Below, one piece after another: positions 47,601-60,200 of a stretch of DNA of 64,000 bases (its first letter is position 1; each line of letters opens with the position of its first letter). Made by a program: the position numbers and the translations under genes. Source of the DNA: Tubulanus polymorphus (lineage: Eukaryota > Animalia > Nemertea). The stretch lies in the NCBI RefSeq assembly GCF_964204645.1, contig NC_134031.1:18607910-18671909 (forward strand), given 5' to 3'. Under the pieces are notes generated by a model that worked only from the letters and a program-made list of their open reading frames with translations, did no database searches and was not told the DNA's origin.

Positions 47601-50600
47601 CTCGAGCCGAGTCCGAGGAAGTGATCGGTAAATATGAGGAATCGCAGAAAGAAGTAGCACGCGCTCAACGCGAGGGAGATATAGAACTAGAGAAGGTAAA
47701 TAATTCACTTATTTATCGCCGTGCGTCGAGAGGAAATAAAACTAACAAACAATACAGAAAAAACACTTGAAATCAACACAGATTTTTAATGTGTTAAGTT
47801 AACTACAGCGGAACCTTGTTACAACGAACTTCAGGAGACCAGAAAATCTCTTCATTGACATTCTAATCGATAGTTCATTGTATCTAGTATGAAATTAATC
47901 AAAATTGTCTAAACTTTGGTCACAAAATTCCAGGCCTGTTATCTGATTAAGTGTTATCCAAGTTCGTTATAACGAGGTTCAATTGTATAGTTTAAGAATG
48001 AAAGCTAACTATAGTAAAACAATTGATCCATGAGCCAAGGCATTGTAGCGTTTAACATTAGTCTGTGCACTCTTTAACAGTAAGCGGTTAACCAACACCT
48101 CGGTAGCTGGTAGGTTTAGAATTTCATTAAGCTACCGCATGCTGCCAATTACCATCATTTCACCGATGTTTCTCTGAATAAAGAATATTGTCCGCAATAT
48201 TTGACACTTGTAAAACAAATATACGCAGAATTATTTGGATTGTATTTCACTTGCACGTAAATATTGTATTCTATGATATTTACTGTAGTACACAGCATCC
48301 TACCTTGCAACATTCTCACATTGCAGTGAATCTCACTAACTGAGTTATGCTTTCTATGCTAATTGAGTAATGTATGACATTCTGAAATATCTCAGAGGCG
48401 CGACAAGCTCCTGTTTGTCTCTGCCGATTCAGAATTTTAATTCGAAGATATTGAAAATGAACTTGATTTAAAAAATGAGAACTTGGTCGTGGGTCAAGAT
48501 TTGATTCTAGCTCATTGAAACATTGAAAAACACACTGATTCTGAATTGAAGGGCACAGTTCAGGGTGTCTTTCATGCTTATAGGGACTAGGTGCAGCAGA
48601 CCTGACTACGACTGCTATTTGAGAATAGTTTCTATTCCTAGTTCAACTTCTCTCAAAAATATCTAAATACAGCAGAACTGGCGTAAGAATTTCGACCGAA
48701 TTTGCCGATTTTCCGAGTTACAGCTGTCCAACTTAGGCCATTTCTACTATACTCTCCAAATCGGTGTAATTTCTAGTTCATTTTCAATCGTACAACTTTT
48801 TTTGTCAAATTCTCTCGGTTTTATTGAAATCTACTACAATCAGTGATATCAGGTAGTCCGGACTGGTCTGGTCCAGCTGCTGCTGCTGCGTTATTCTATG
48901 ATGTGATATGACTATACTATATTTGACACTGACTCGTCTCGTAGGTTCGTAGCCGATTACAACAACGTTTACACGAACTCGAGCCGCTCCCGGAATTATT
49001 GAAAACCACCGAACTTCGCTTGCAAGATTTAAACGATAAAAATATCGATTACGAACGTCGAAATATCGATCAGATGAGATTAACTACCGAGTTAAATTCA
49101 AAGGTAGGAGAACCCCTTCTCTCCCCTCACCCCTTTATACTCCCTCGTCGCACCTCTACAAGGGAGGACTCCCCATACCCCGTTGTTAAGATTTTTGTTC
49201 GGCTGAAGTATTTGTTTTTCTCGTTCTGTGTCGATGTTTTTACGTTTTGTACGTAGCTTCGCTTAAAACTAACATTTTCGCGTTTTCTAGTGTCAGATTT
49301 CTGTGTGTTTGTTCCAGACAATGTTTCAGGTGGTTTTCGGGATGTCTCGTTCTAGGGGCTGGAACCAGTTCCATAGTTCACCCAAAAATCAGTTCATATT
49401 CAGTACTCAACCCACGACTGTGAAACTGTAGAACTGTGGAACTGTGAAACCAGCTCCTGGACAAGGGCTTTGCTTTTTGAGGAGCCTGATGATACCAAAA
49501 TTGTTGAACACTTCACACGTACTTGAAATCTATAATCTAGCCATTGTTGAGGTGTAACCCGTAAGATTATCTGGTATTCAGAATGATCAAGGGGTAACCC
49601 ATAAGATCTTCTGTGGACCAGTAAAATCAGCTGGTATTCACACTGTTTTAGGGGTAACCCGTAAGATCATCTAGTATTAGGCCTCTAGAAAGCTGTCAGT
49701 GTTTTGTGTATCTAGTCTTGGCTCATGGTTAAACGGATAACAATTTTAAAAAAAACGGTTTAATTCTAAAATTAATGTTTTTTAACACGTCACAGTTTCA
49801 AGGATTTCTCGGTTTAACATACCGGTACTCGCATAACTAACATTTAAAGCACATGAAAATTTTCAGGTCTCGCAATCCGCAGCCGTGGAGCGCTCGTCCC
49901 CACCACCCCTGCGGTCCCGGTCTCCTGTATGGGACTCGGGCTACTCCCTGCCTCCTCGACCCCAGTCTCCGGTACGAGATACGACCGGCGGCGGTTGGAG
50001 CTCAGCGGATTCAGAAATGTTACGCGAACTGATGCAGAAGGTAAACTGTCGTCTGCTGTAAGAGCAGACGGACGGACGATGCATGAGTGTCTGGTTGAAG
50101 GGATCTATTTATAAACACAAAGCTGCCAAACATTAACAAGATTCAGTAAACCTCACCTAACTGGGTTAAAAACCTGGGACCAGTTGCTCAAAAAGTGGTT
50201 AGAGTTAACCGGGGGGATAGTTGACAATTTCATTGATACTTTGGTATTTATCCATCGCTTATCGATCACTTACTTCTGAGCAACTGGCCCCAGGACCGGC
50301 AAAATCAGTCCGAGTTAAAAATTGGAAATATAAGATCAGAAAAAATCAGAAAATGATCGCCTTATTGGTGTGAGTTAGTCAAAACTCCTAAGTTTGCTAG
50401 TTAGGTAAGGTTTACTGTAAATTATAAACCTTTTCCATTTGGATCTGGTTCCACAATTCTCTGTTAAATCTGACTCTAGAGTCAATTCTTAACTTAAAAC
50501 TGTGGAACTGGGTCCAGAACAAAGACTTCATGAAGAACCCTAGACGGGTATTCGACAATTTTCAAAATGATCTCTATTATTCGAACTGTTTAAAATTGTC

Positions 50601-52254
50601 TCATGATGTTGGCAGCTCTCCAACACATATTCTATCTGCATCACTTAACCTCTTCTAATCAATGTTTCTCAATCAAAGGCACCCCATGGTTTTTCGAAGA
50701 AGCAAATGTATTTCTGTATCAATGATTTTATGCATCTTGTGTTTTTGCGATCTCTGGTGGAGAGTTACTGTATGTGTCACTTGATTTCGTCTCATTCCAA
50801 TCATTGCTTTCAACCCACCCAATATTGCATGTAATTGATTATTTGGGTTTTTAGCCCAGCAAAATACGACTTTGTTTGATTATGAATAACAAATGTTTCA
50901 CCGGTTGAAGAAAATTCAATAAGTTTGATATTCTGACTTCTGACATAAGAAAAAAAAAGGGAGCCCAATAAGTTCGAATGAGTCGTCATCGCGGGTCTCT
51001 GATTGGTGTTTTTTGTAAATATTTGTAGGTCGACCATTTAACGAAACAGTTAGAATCGTTGAGAGACAAGTGGCACATATCGCAGGACGAGAACCGTTCG
51101 TTACAGACGACTCTCGAGATGTTAGAACGTAAATTACGAGAGGCAGACGAACAAAATCGTGAACTCGTAAACGCGCTTAATAAAAAAGAGGAAACCATGG
51201 CGACTAATCAGGTGCGCGGCGCTTTTATCATTCCATACATGGCTACTATCATTACTGCTAAACGCGTTATGCTACACTCAATGCTTCCGCTCACGCGTAT
51301 AGCTTCATTTAGACAGATGAATAGGCATCTGTCCTTTAGACTGCACCTTACTCTGCAACAGGTCGAATAAGGTGCAGTTTATGTTTTTAGTAAGGCAGAG
51401 TCTACTGTATTTAACTGAATTCACTCATTTACTTAATTAAGAGTCTATTCTATCATTTCTACTCAAACCACAAACACTGCCAGGTTGTCTATTAGAATAG
51501 AATCTATATGACACAATGTATCTGTCACCATCACTTTAATCCATCACAGGCTTCACAATGCTATTAAATAGACAGGTAAAATGACAGGATAACATCGAAC
51601 TAAAGAATAATCAATATTTTTTCGTTACAAGATGTTGAAATGTTATCTGAATAATTTCAGCATCGTCTAGACGAGAAATCTCGCGAGAACTCGTGTTTAA
51701 CTCGTCAGTTAGAGAACTCGTTGACGGACGCGCGACGACAGGCGGAGCAGTCCCGCGAGAAAGCGTCGCAGAAAGAGCGACAATGTCACTCGCGAATCCT
51801 CGATCTGGAAGCGCAACTCAGTCAAACACGCGGAGAAATATCACGTATCAAGAGAGAGAAAGAAGAGGTGCGTTCAGTCTTAGCTCATTCTAAACCGAAA
51901 ATACTTTTAAATATGCTTGAAACTCCTTTAATTTGATCAAAACGCCCAAAACTCCTTCGATTCAGAAAAAAAGGGAATAAAAATTTTTGTTTGAAAGTTC
52001 GTTCGACTCAAATCGACAACATTTTAACCGCGTTGCTGTTTTTTGTATTTTCGTCGCAGGCCGAAAGAAGGTATAACTCGAGGCTTTACGATTTGAAGGA
52101 TCGTTTGGAACAATCTCACAGCACGAACCGCAGCATGCAGAACTACGTTCAATTCCTGAAGAGCTCGTACGCGAACATATTCGGAGACACGACGATGGCT
52201 GGCAGCGCGTGCGGTGGCGCCACCTCTCCGCTACGATCCAGCGCGTTGAATTAA
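35622..52254 (+). CDS. ODF2: Outer dense fiber protein 2 / cenexin
   Basis: Core exons: 35622-35738, 35814-35933, 37540-37692, 38239-38565, 39453-39659, 40180-40251, 40573-40689, 40783-40898, 41090-41269, 41352-41487, 47344-47454, 47591-47695, 48945-49103, 51029-51211, 51661-51867, 52060-52254. Extra cassettes are listed under findings. Signature motifs: PVHVHVNEETPVHVHIKK, PWIPPPGK, RGHLQKQLR and LKDRLEQSHSTNRSMQNYVQFLKSSYANIFGD. Confidence 0.96.
37787..37830 (+). ncRNA. Minimal hammerhead ribozyme (Penelope-type) in an ODF2 intron
   Basis: Stem I TATTC/GGATA; CTGAAGA at 37792-37798; stem II GACTA/TAGTC; GAAA at 37818-37821, then CATT where the consensus is CGTH. The downstream tail resembles the 26.4-kb element. 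Confidence 0.65.
38620..39210. repeat. About 12 x 47-bp tandem repeat amplified from the interior of a family B MITE
   Basis: The unit TTAGACTGGTTTTAAGTTGTTAGATTGGTTATAGAACCAAAATGAGC matches 14417-14480 and is preceded by a MITE left end at about 38583. Confidence 0.92.
39300..39412. repeat. (CCCTCT)n microsatellite
   Basis: Pure hexamer run just upstream of ODF2 exon 39453. Confidence 0.95.
47806..47985. mobile_element. pogo/Tigger-like MITE with TA TSD
   Basis: ta-CAGCGGAACCTTGTTACAACGAAC...GTTCGTTATAACGAGGTTCAATTG-ta. Confidence 0.75.
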
Positions 52255-55200
52255 CTGTCCGGTGATTATCATCATATATTTATTTATTTTGTCCTCTCTG
52301 ATGTAAATTTATGATATTTGAATATTTATATTTATTATTATTTCGATGTAATTATGATGAATTTAGGATAAGATGATTTGTAACCTGTTCGCTAGGTGCG
52401 TATATATTGTATTGTAATGCTTTAGTGTTTAATGCCTTTGAGAAAAATGGAATGAAAAAAGGAAGAAAATGCATTTCTGTAATAAAATACAGTGAACCCT
52501 GCCTTATTATCAAAACATAGACATTTGCTCAATGTGAGCTCAAATCACTGACCTAAACTTAAACTACAAGTTTGCAGAGATTGACTGAATCTCATCTTAA
52601 TTTCTGGTTTTAAGATTGACGTATCTTTTGCCTCAGATAACTCAACCTAAACTTTGCCTCCGTCTCATACCTTTGTTGAGATGGACTAAAGTATAAAATC
52701 TCCGATGTACATATCTTTTGATAAGCACTGAAATTGACATAGATACTCAGTCCACTATCTTATTTCACTTATTGTCAGTGTTGAAGTCCTTTTTTTTACA
52801 TCGAGCTCCTCGGAAACTGGAATGTCAGTTTTCCAATCCTCCAGGCATGAAGGGTTTACTGTATTTTCGTTCATTCATCGCGAAGTATTAAAAACTTGTG
52901 CTTCCATCGAATGTGAGTTTATATGATATAAAACTGATTCGAATATTTGTGTAAATAGAGAGAATTAACGACCGCTCGAAAGAATGAATTTAAAAAACTA
53001 CTCAGGTCTTCATTAGATAAACATCTTACAACATCAAATATCATGAGCATTTTCCATCAAGATGAAATTTTTGATTGTTCGTTGTTGACTAACAGTTTTC
53101 GATCGATCAAACACAATCTTATCGCAGAAGTTTCTTCCTTTGTCAAAATAGTTGAATATATATGTTACGATATATCCTAATTTGAATATTCATATTTTAT
53201 GCAAATTAGCATCTCATTAGATATACTGTATATTATACTGCTGTAGATTCGAAATAGATAATGCAGCCTTCTGAACTCTGTAAGATTCAGTCGAACAGTT
53301 GTGGGTTAGAAGTGAATAACTTTAATGCAGTTGTTGTAATAAGTAGGCTGTATAATTTATTCATTGATAATGTTTTAGTAGTTTAAGTATTAGATTGTTT
53401 AAGTCTTCTAGATTTGATTATCACTGTGTACCGTAGTAGGTTTCACTGTCAGTTTGAACAGAACGCGACGTTTTACTAACCTCTTTACGTAGATGCATTT
53501 AATGTTTAACTTTATGCGTATTTCATCATTGATCATTGAACATTTCATCAATCAGAAACAAACAAAATATATTTTTTCAGAATCAGCTGCGACTAATATT
53601 CAACTCCGTCCTGTCATATACAACATAGATCCTGACGGTAAACAATGGCTGCCTCCATAAATCCGCTTATGACAAATCTTTGAAAAAACTTAACCTATTG
53701 TGATAGGAGGCAATTTGAAGGTGGTGTTGTGTATGGCTTTTTGTAAGCGGCCATCTTTTCCTGGAAGGGAATCTAATATCATTACGAGATTACTTGATAT
53801 ATTTTCCTTCATTAATGCATCTGTGTAAGTCATATCAATGTAAATTTCATTTTTAGATCGTCAAGTTTAGATATATAATTATGTAAATTGGTTTTTGTAC
53901 CAGCGTTCTATGAATTCGGGATTTGTTTTTATACGGTCAGGTTAAAGATATACCAAATACCAGTGATTATTAGTAATATTATCTATCATAAAATGAACGT
54001 ATTTATAACTTCAAAGATATTGGAGAACTTTATTTTTGTCAAATTGTAAGCGGAATGTAAGAGAAAAGTTAAATTGAAGATCATGTATTTCAGCCAAAAG
54101 AAAAAAGGTTTTTTTTTCAGACAGAGATTGTATGAAACAGTTTTCTTTCTTTCTACATTTTAGTTTTCTATGTGTAATGTTTAGTTTTAGATCCCTATAT
54201 TTGTGTAGATGATGTATGAATAGTTATAATTCGAAGTGTTGTTTCTTCTCAATATTCGTAAACAGCTCGGGACTTTCTACCGCGAAACCACAAAAACAGA
54301 CCCGACTCAAACCACTCGGGTACAACCATTTAGAGCTCAATTATTCCCAAAAATTGAATAACTCTTGAAATTCGTTAACTTGCGATATGGGAATAATTTT
54401 GTTTTCAGTTATACACTACTATTTTCGATGTCAAATTGCTCTCATATTTGGCGCACTTCTCCAAAATGGAAATACCTCTTACTGGTAGTCTCGTTCTGGT
54501 CAGCTTCAACCGGGCTGTATTTCGTTATGGCTATCTCTTGTTCCATCTACGCTCCCCTTTACAGCGGTTTAGCTAATGAACGATAGCCTGCTCAATTTAA
54601 CCCTCTGTTTCATTGTGGATCACAGTACCACAGCTTAAGAGTATGATTTGAGCTTTAATCAATTAAAAAAAAGATCCAGTCAAATTTGCATTTGCAAGTA
54701 ACTGTGGAACTAGTGCCAACACGAGTCGTCCCAATTATAGTCTATCACTTGAACTCGATAAATTGAATTGGAAATAGAATCGTTATCAGACATTGAGACG
54801 ACTTGAGTTTGTAAATAAAGGGTTGAATGGAGCCGATTGATTTTGAGAAGAACAATGGTATTGTTGATTGTGACTGCGTATTCTACACAATCTGTGGTTG
54901 TGCCATTCATTCTACTATCATTCATATTGTTTTGTAACTTTTTCTGCTGGCAGATTTAAAGAGATTATCAATAAATATTGAATATAACATATTAAATATA
55001 AATTTCAAGGTAGTTTGATTTAGTGGTTTTATTGAAATAAATCTTAAATTTGTTTTGGATCTCCTAATGCGAGTATTGATGGCGTCACCGATGGGTAGGA
55101 CTCTACCCTACCAGTCAGGGTCGAGTTCCAAGTTAAGTTTGGACTCAGTGTTAACTCATTGAAAATGAAGAACTCACATTAACTCAAGAGTTACATCTAA

Positions 55201-55372
55201 CTCAACTGTGGAACTGGGCCCTGGATGGTGTCTCCTCTATCCACTGTCATCCATTGACATGTCTATCCACCAGTCAAATGACGTTTCCACACTATATCCA
55301 TAACAACAAACAATGAATTTATAATATTTTTTTTCTATTTAATTCGATAATAAAGATTTACAAGGTTTTTAT

Positions 55373-56380
55373 TTATTCATTATCGACGTTGATAGTTTGG
55401 GTTCCTTTGAACGTAGTAACCGGCACGTACGTAACCAATGTGTATAATCTGTTCGGACTGTCTTCATCTTCGTTACGTTTACGAGCGAGTCTCACGCGAA
55501 CTCGGAACGGTACATTTCTGAAATAATAACCGCAGAAAAACGCATTCAGGTCGGCAAACAATTAAACTCCAAATCTTGACTTAACTCGTGCGAAATTTAA
55601 ATCTTGCCTTCAACCCCCTCAGACGTCCGTATTTTTAGTCCATTGTAATAAGGCAGAGGGAAAGTAAATACTTGTCTTTACTTATAGTATGAGTAAGCAG
55701 TTTTTAAGCACTTTAGTAAGGCTTAAGTGATACTTAATTCTCTATCATTTAGAGCAACAGCCCTCGTCCCGCATCCACAAAACAAAATCGTCTTTGCCAT
55801 TAATACGTTTATACAGGCATTGATATTGACGAAACACGGTTGTCCAAAAAAAAAAAACTATATTTGGGATACCAAAAGTACTTTATAGAAATAAAGCTTA
55901 GGGTAGGGCTTCGATTATTTTTCAAATAAGCAGTTTCTACTCAGTACCGGCAGGCGCTATCCAGTCAGTATCCTCAAAACAGGAAAACCCTCTAACCCAG
56001 ATTACACCCGAACAAACTACACTAACTCGCAATAACGCGTTCATCATACCTGATTCCTTTTGACCACATGTGTTTGTTTAATCTGGTATCAATACGAATG
56101 TCCGGGGTTCCCATAGCTTTCAGCGCAAACTTCTTAATTTCACGGATCGCTCGCGGAGCTCTCTTCTTGAAACCGCTAAAAATAAAAACAATCAAATCAA
56201 TGACATAGTTCCGGATTTTCCCAATTTCCGTTACTGTGGAAACCGAATTCAACATTTAGAGAAGCCCGTTTGATATACTCACATGCCATGAATACGTTTG
56301 TGAATATGTATCGTATATTCACGTGTGACGACTTCATTCATCGCCGATTTCTTCTTATCTCCCTTATTTCTCGGAGCCAT
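55373..56380 (-). CDS. RPL31: 60S ribosomal protein L31 (eL31), 122 aa
   Basis: Exons 56380-56283, 56175-56050 and 55517-55373 give [35 protein letters not shown]...[40 protein letters not shown] non-coding first exon at about 56828-56742 starts at a short CCTTTT (TOP-like) tract. Confidence 0.98.
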
Positions 56381-57280
56381 CTGAAAAAAAACCAGAAAAA
56401 TTCATTGATTGAGATCAACTACCCAACAACAATTTTAGTTAGTAGAATCGGAGAGAAGCAAAATGAAAAAGTTCACTTTCTCAAGTCTCATGGTTTTAAT
56501 CGTATCATAATCCAAGCCAACTTTTCTATCACTAATCACCGAATTACAATCATAATTCTAGGTCGATTCGGTTTAAAGAAATTTCAAAATTTTCAGTCGG
56601 TTTCGTGGCTATAATTAGCACGACCGTCCCATATTTCAGGCTCTAATTTCGACTCTTTAAACCTCGATTAAGCGGAAAAAATCAACTTGAAACTGATCTT
56701 TGCATTTTATTGAAGTGTCTTAGTAATAAGTTTCGACTTACTTCGGTTTATTAAACGAGTTATTAGTCGTATTTAACTAAACTCGATGCTAAGCGTGTTC
56801 ACCAACACTGCGGGTAAGACCTAAAAGGCTAATGTTACTTCAGTTCGCGACGGGATCGGGTTCGAATCCCACAATATTCTAGACGCGCACTGGCCGAATT
56901 CTAAATCTATCCCTATTCAGGAAATTTAATTGTTTAAATGCAATGTTGAATCTTATTTATTTTTTAACTGAATTTGGCGTATTTAACTATATCAGTGTTC
57001 TCTTGTAGGTTCGAATCCCGCAATGTCCGGGCGCGCCACTTCCCAAATAAATCCGAATTCGAATATTGTATGAGTTTTGCGAAATCTGATATTTAAACCT
57101 TAATTTTTACTCCAAATTCTGAATATTCAACTAAATAGTGGCTTTCCTGGCTACGGGTGCGAACTCGGGATGTAGAGTGACACGCGTATCATCCGTTAGA
57201 CGGCGCATCAGTCGATTATCAACCAGGAAGTGAATTTCAGTGTTTGACTTTTCTGAAGAGAAACTAGACTGTTCGTTACG

Positions 57281-60200
57281 ATGTTGAGACGGGATATAGC
57301 CACCAATCGAACCAAATACTTTTTAATCATCGCTGTTTTTCTGACGTTCATTTACGGGATTTATATTTATCATGACGTCAGAACGCGATTAGTTTACGCC
57401 GAGGAAAAAAGCGATAAATTACGCCAACAACAAGATTCGATCGCGGCCCAGTTACAAGGTAGGCCCTAAACGTGAAACGTCGTCTTCACGCTCGTTAAAC
57501 CGTATCAATAATTTCTAGGCTTGAAGTCTTGTTGAGATTGTCATGTCTTTGTTAGAATAGCGAGGGCGGCCCTGCGCTTTCGTTTCCCTCCCTGCCATTT
57601 CCGATTTCCTTGAAATTAATTAGTGTCTTTTTTGCATATTCAATCATTCATCAGAAAAGGTCTAGAGAATTGTTGTTGTTGCTTTTCTTTTTTTAATAAA
57701 AAGCCTTGGCCACAGGGCCTCATGGAAAGCTACCAAAATGGAAATGGGATACTATTAACTAACAAATACGCAGTACTTGGTTCCTAGGATTGGCCTTGTA
57801 TCTGGCCTAGTTTAGCTTTGATTTTGCACCCCAGCTTCATGTGATGGAACTCCTGTGGCCTAGCTAGACTAGCGTAGTTGGTCAGGCAGATCCAGTGTGA
57901 AAATCAAACGGTCTTACCGAGAAGGCAAGCCATTCTTATTAATATCGATCAAACAGGTTCGTACCCTGCCAGAATCCTTGTTCGACTAGAATAACAAGAC
58001 AGGCATAATCCTTTCCAAGGGGGACTCTGTCCACAAATAGACTGAACCCAGTTCCACAGTTGTAAGTTAAGATTTGACTCAAGGTTAACTCAATGAAAGT
58101 GAACTAATTTCAACTTGGAGTCAAGTTTAACTAACAACTGTGGAACCGGGTCCCATATTCTTTAATAGCTCTTTGTCAATTTAAAGTTGTAAACTTATTT
58201 GCAAATGAAATTTCAGCTTTCGATCAAAGTAAGTAATAAAAAAAGCACCGAAGAGTTTGTGAAAAACGAACACAAAGAGTTATAGTCTATATATCAGCAC
58301 CATTACGTAGATTCTATTTGAATATGATGAATTGAAATGAGTTTTGTGAAGGAATTGTATCCAATGTCAGTGATCTGAATGTTGAATGTCAGGGGTTTGA
58401 GATCAGTTTGTTTGTCCTTTTGTTTAAGGAAATACATAGCTAAAAATATGCGGTAGTCAGTTGGTTTGCATCATAAATAGTAAAAATGAATATAGACAGC
58501 CGGTTCTAGGGGTTGCACATGTGTAGAGTTAATATGTATGATAGGTGTAGAATATATCCACTTACTAATCAAAACATCCTTTCAACAGAGTAGGTATTGG
58601 CAGGCGTTTTTATTTTCGTTGTGTAAGTATGTTTGGAAAATGCAGTGGATTCTTTCTATAAAAGTCAAGTCTGAATTATGGTAAGATTATCCACAAGTTT
58701 GAGAAAAATACGGTATATTCTGTCTCTTATCTTTACGAGCAAAGGTTTGGCAAATAATGTTGAGAATTTCATGGAGAACGGATATGGATATCTTTACTTG
58801 ATTTTTTGTGGCGCTTGAGGCCCCGGTGAGGCCTGTTTGTCGGAGTAAATTAGTGGCGGCATGTGCGGTTGTCCACTAGGTCTCCGAACAACGTAAAAAT
58901 TTTGGCAGGTTGAGGAGTAGACCTCAGGTTGGTCTTCCCAGTGTTTTTCCAGGCGACTGTTAAAGGAGTTGAGGGCGGGCGCAGAGATTACACTGCTGGA
59001 CATTCCAGCTTAACAATGATATCCGTCGATACCAACATTTTACAAGGAAAAACCTGCTGTAGACTTAACAATAGAAAACATAAATCAAGGGATTTCTCTC
59101 TGCATTGTCAAACCAAATTTCATTTTCCATTCTGTATATGATTTCTGTACAGAGAGCATTCGTTGTACACATTTCATTTATTGATTGAAGAACAGATGTT
59201 GAATAATGAAAGGTTTCAATATTTCCTCGTGTGGCACCACGTTTCAGCGTTACTGAAATCTGTCAATGATGCGTACAAGAAATCATTGATCGTAGAAACA
59301 ACGTTATTTATTAATCAGTTCTCTGTTTTGGAGAGAGAAACGGTTATTGATGAAGAAACTCACGATGATATTGTTGAAGAAAATCTAAGAGAATTGTGAT
59401 GTTTTGACTCAAATTAGAAATCCTATATAGAACAGTTCTTATGCGCAGCACAGGACGGAATGTCATTGATAATGTGCCTGCAACAATTGATAGTTAGACA
59501 GGACACTGAAACCCACATCAGCCCCAAATCTAGAATACCAGGTAGTTAAGTTGATCGACTTGATCAGTCTTTTATCCATGATATTTTGATCTAACCCTTG
59601 CGTTTTTCACATTAGTCTAGTTGTACATTAAAATGTGCAGAGTATCACTTTTTGGTCCTAACATAAGGCTCCCCTACCAGACCCTACAAGTGTCCTTGGC
59701 TTAACACATCTGGTTACGGAGAAGTCATGGATTTTCAAACAGCATTAGTCTAGTTGTACATTAAAATGTGCAGAGTATCACTTTTTGGTCCTAACATAAG
59801 GCTCCCCTACCAGACCCTACAAGTGTCCTTGGCTTAACACATCTGGTTACGGAGAAGTCATGGATTTTCAAACAGCATTCGATAGCGTTCCATAGTTCTA
59901 GGTGACAAGTTTGACTCGAGCGTCAAATTAATTCATTTCCAATTTTTTAAACTCTTAAAGAGTGAAATGTGGAACTATGTTCTCTGTACATGCTTTCTAA
60001 CTGAGCTACCGGTATGTTTCATTTGGTTTCAGTTGTTTATGAGCACAAGGCAAGGCTAGAAAAGACTTTACAGAAAGATAAAGAGAGTCATAAAAAAGCT
60101 CTCGATGGTAAGTTATTAAATTATTGAAACAGTACATTCTGGCAAGAAGAGTTAGGAGTTCGAACCGTTTAATTTGAGAGGAGATTCCTATGCTTTGTCA

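Noticed and set aside
56840-57030. tRNA genes suggested by GGTTCGAATCCC
   Set aside because: No acceptor, D or anticodon arms can be folded; treated as orphan B-boxes.
57865-57980. A-box/B-box pair suggesting a tRNA or SINE head
   Set aside because: The boxes are degenerate, the spacing is long, and there is no cloverleaf or second copy in the window.
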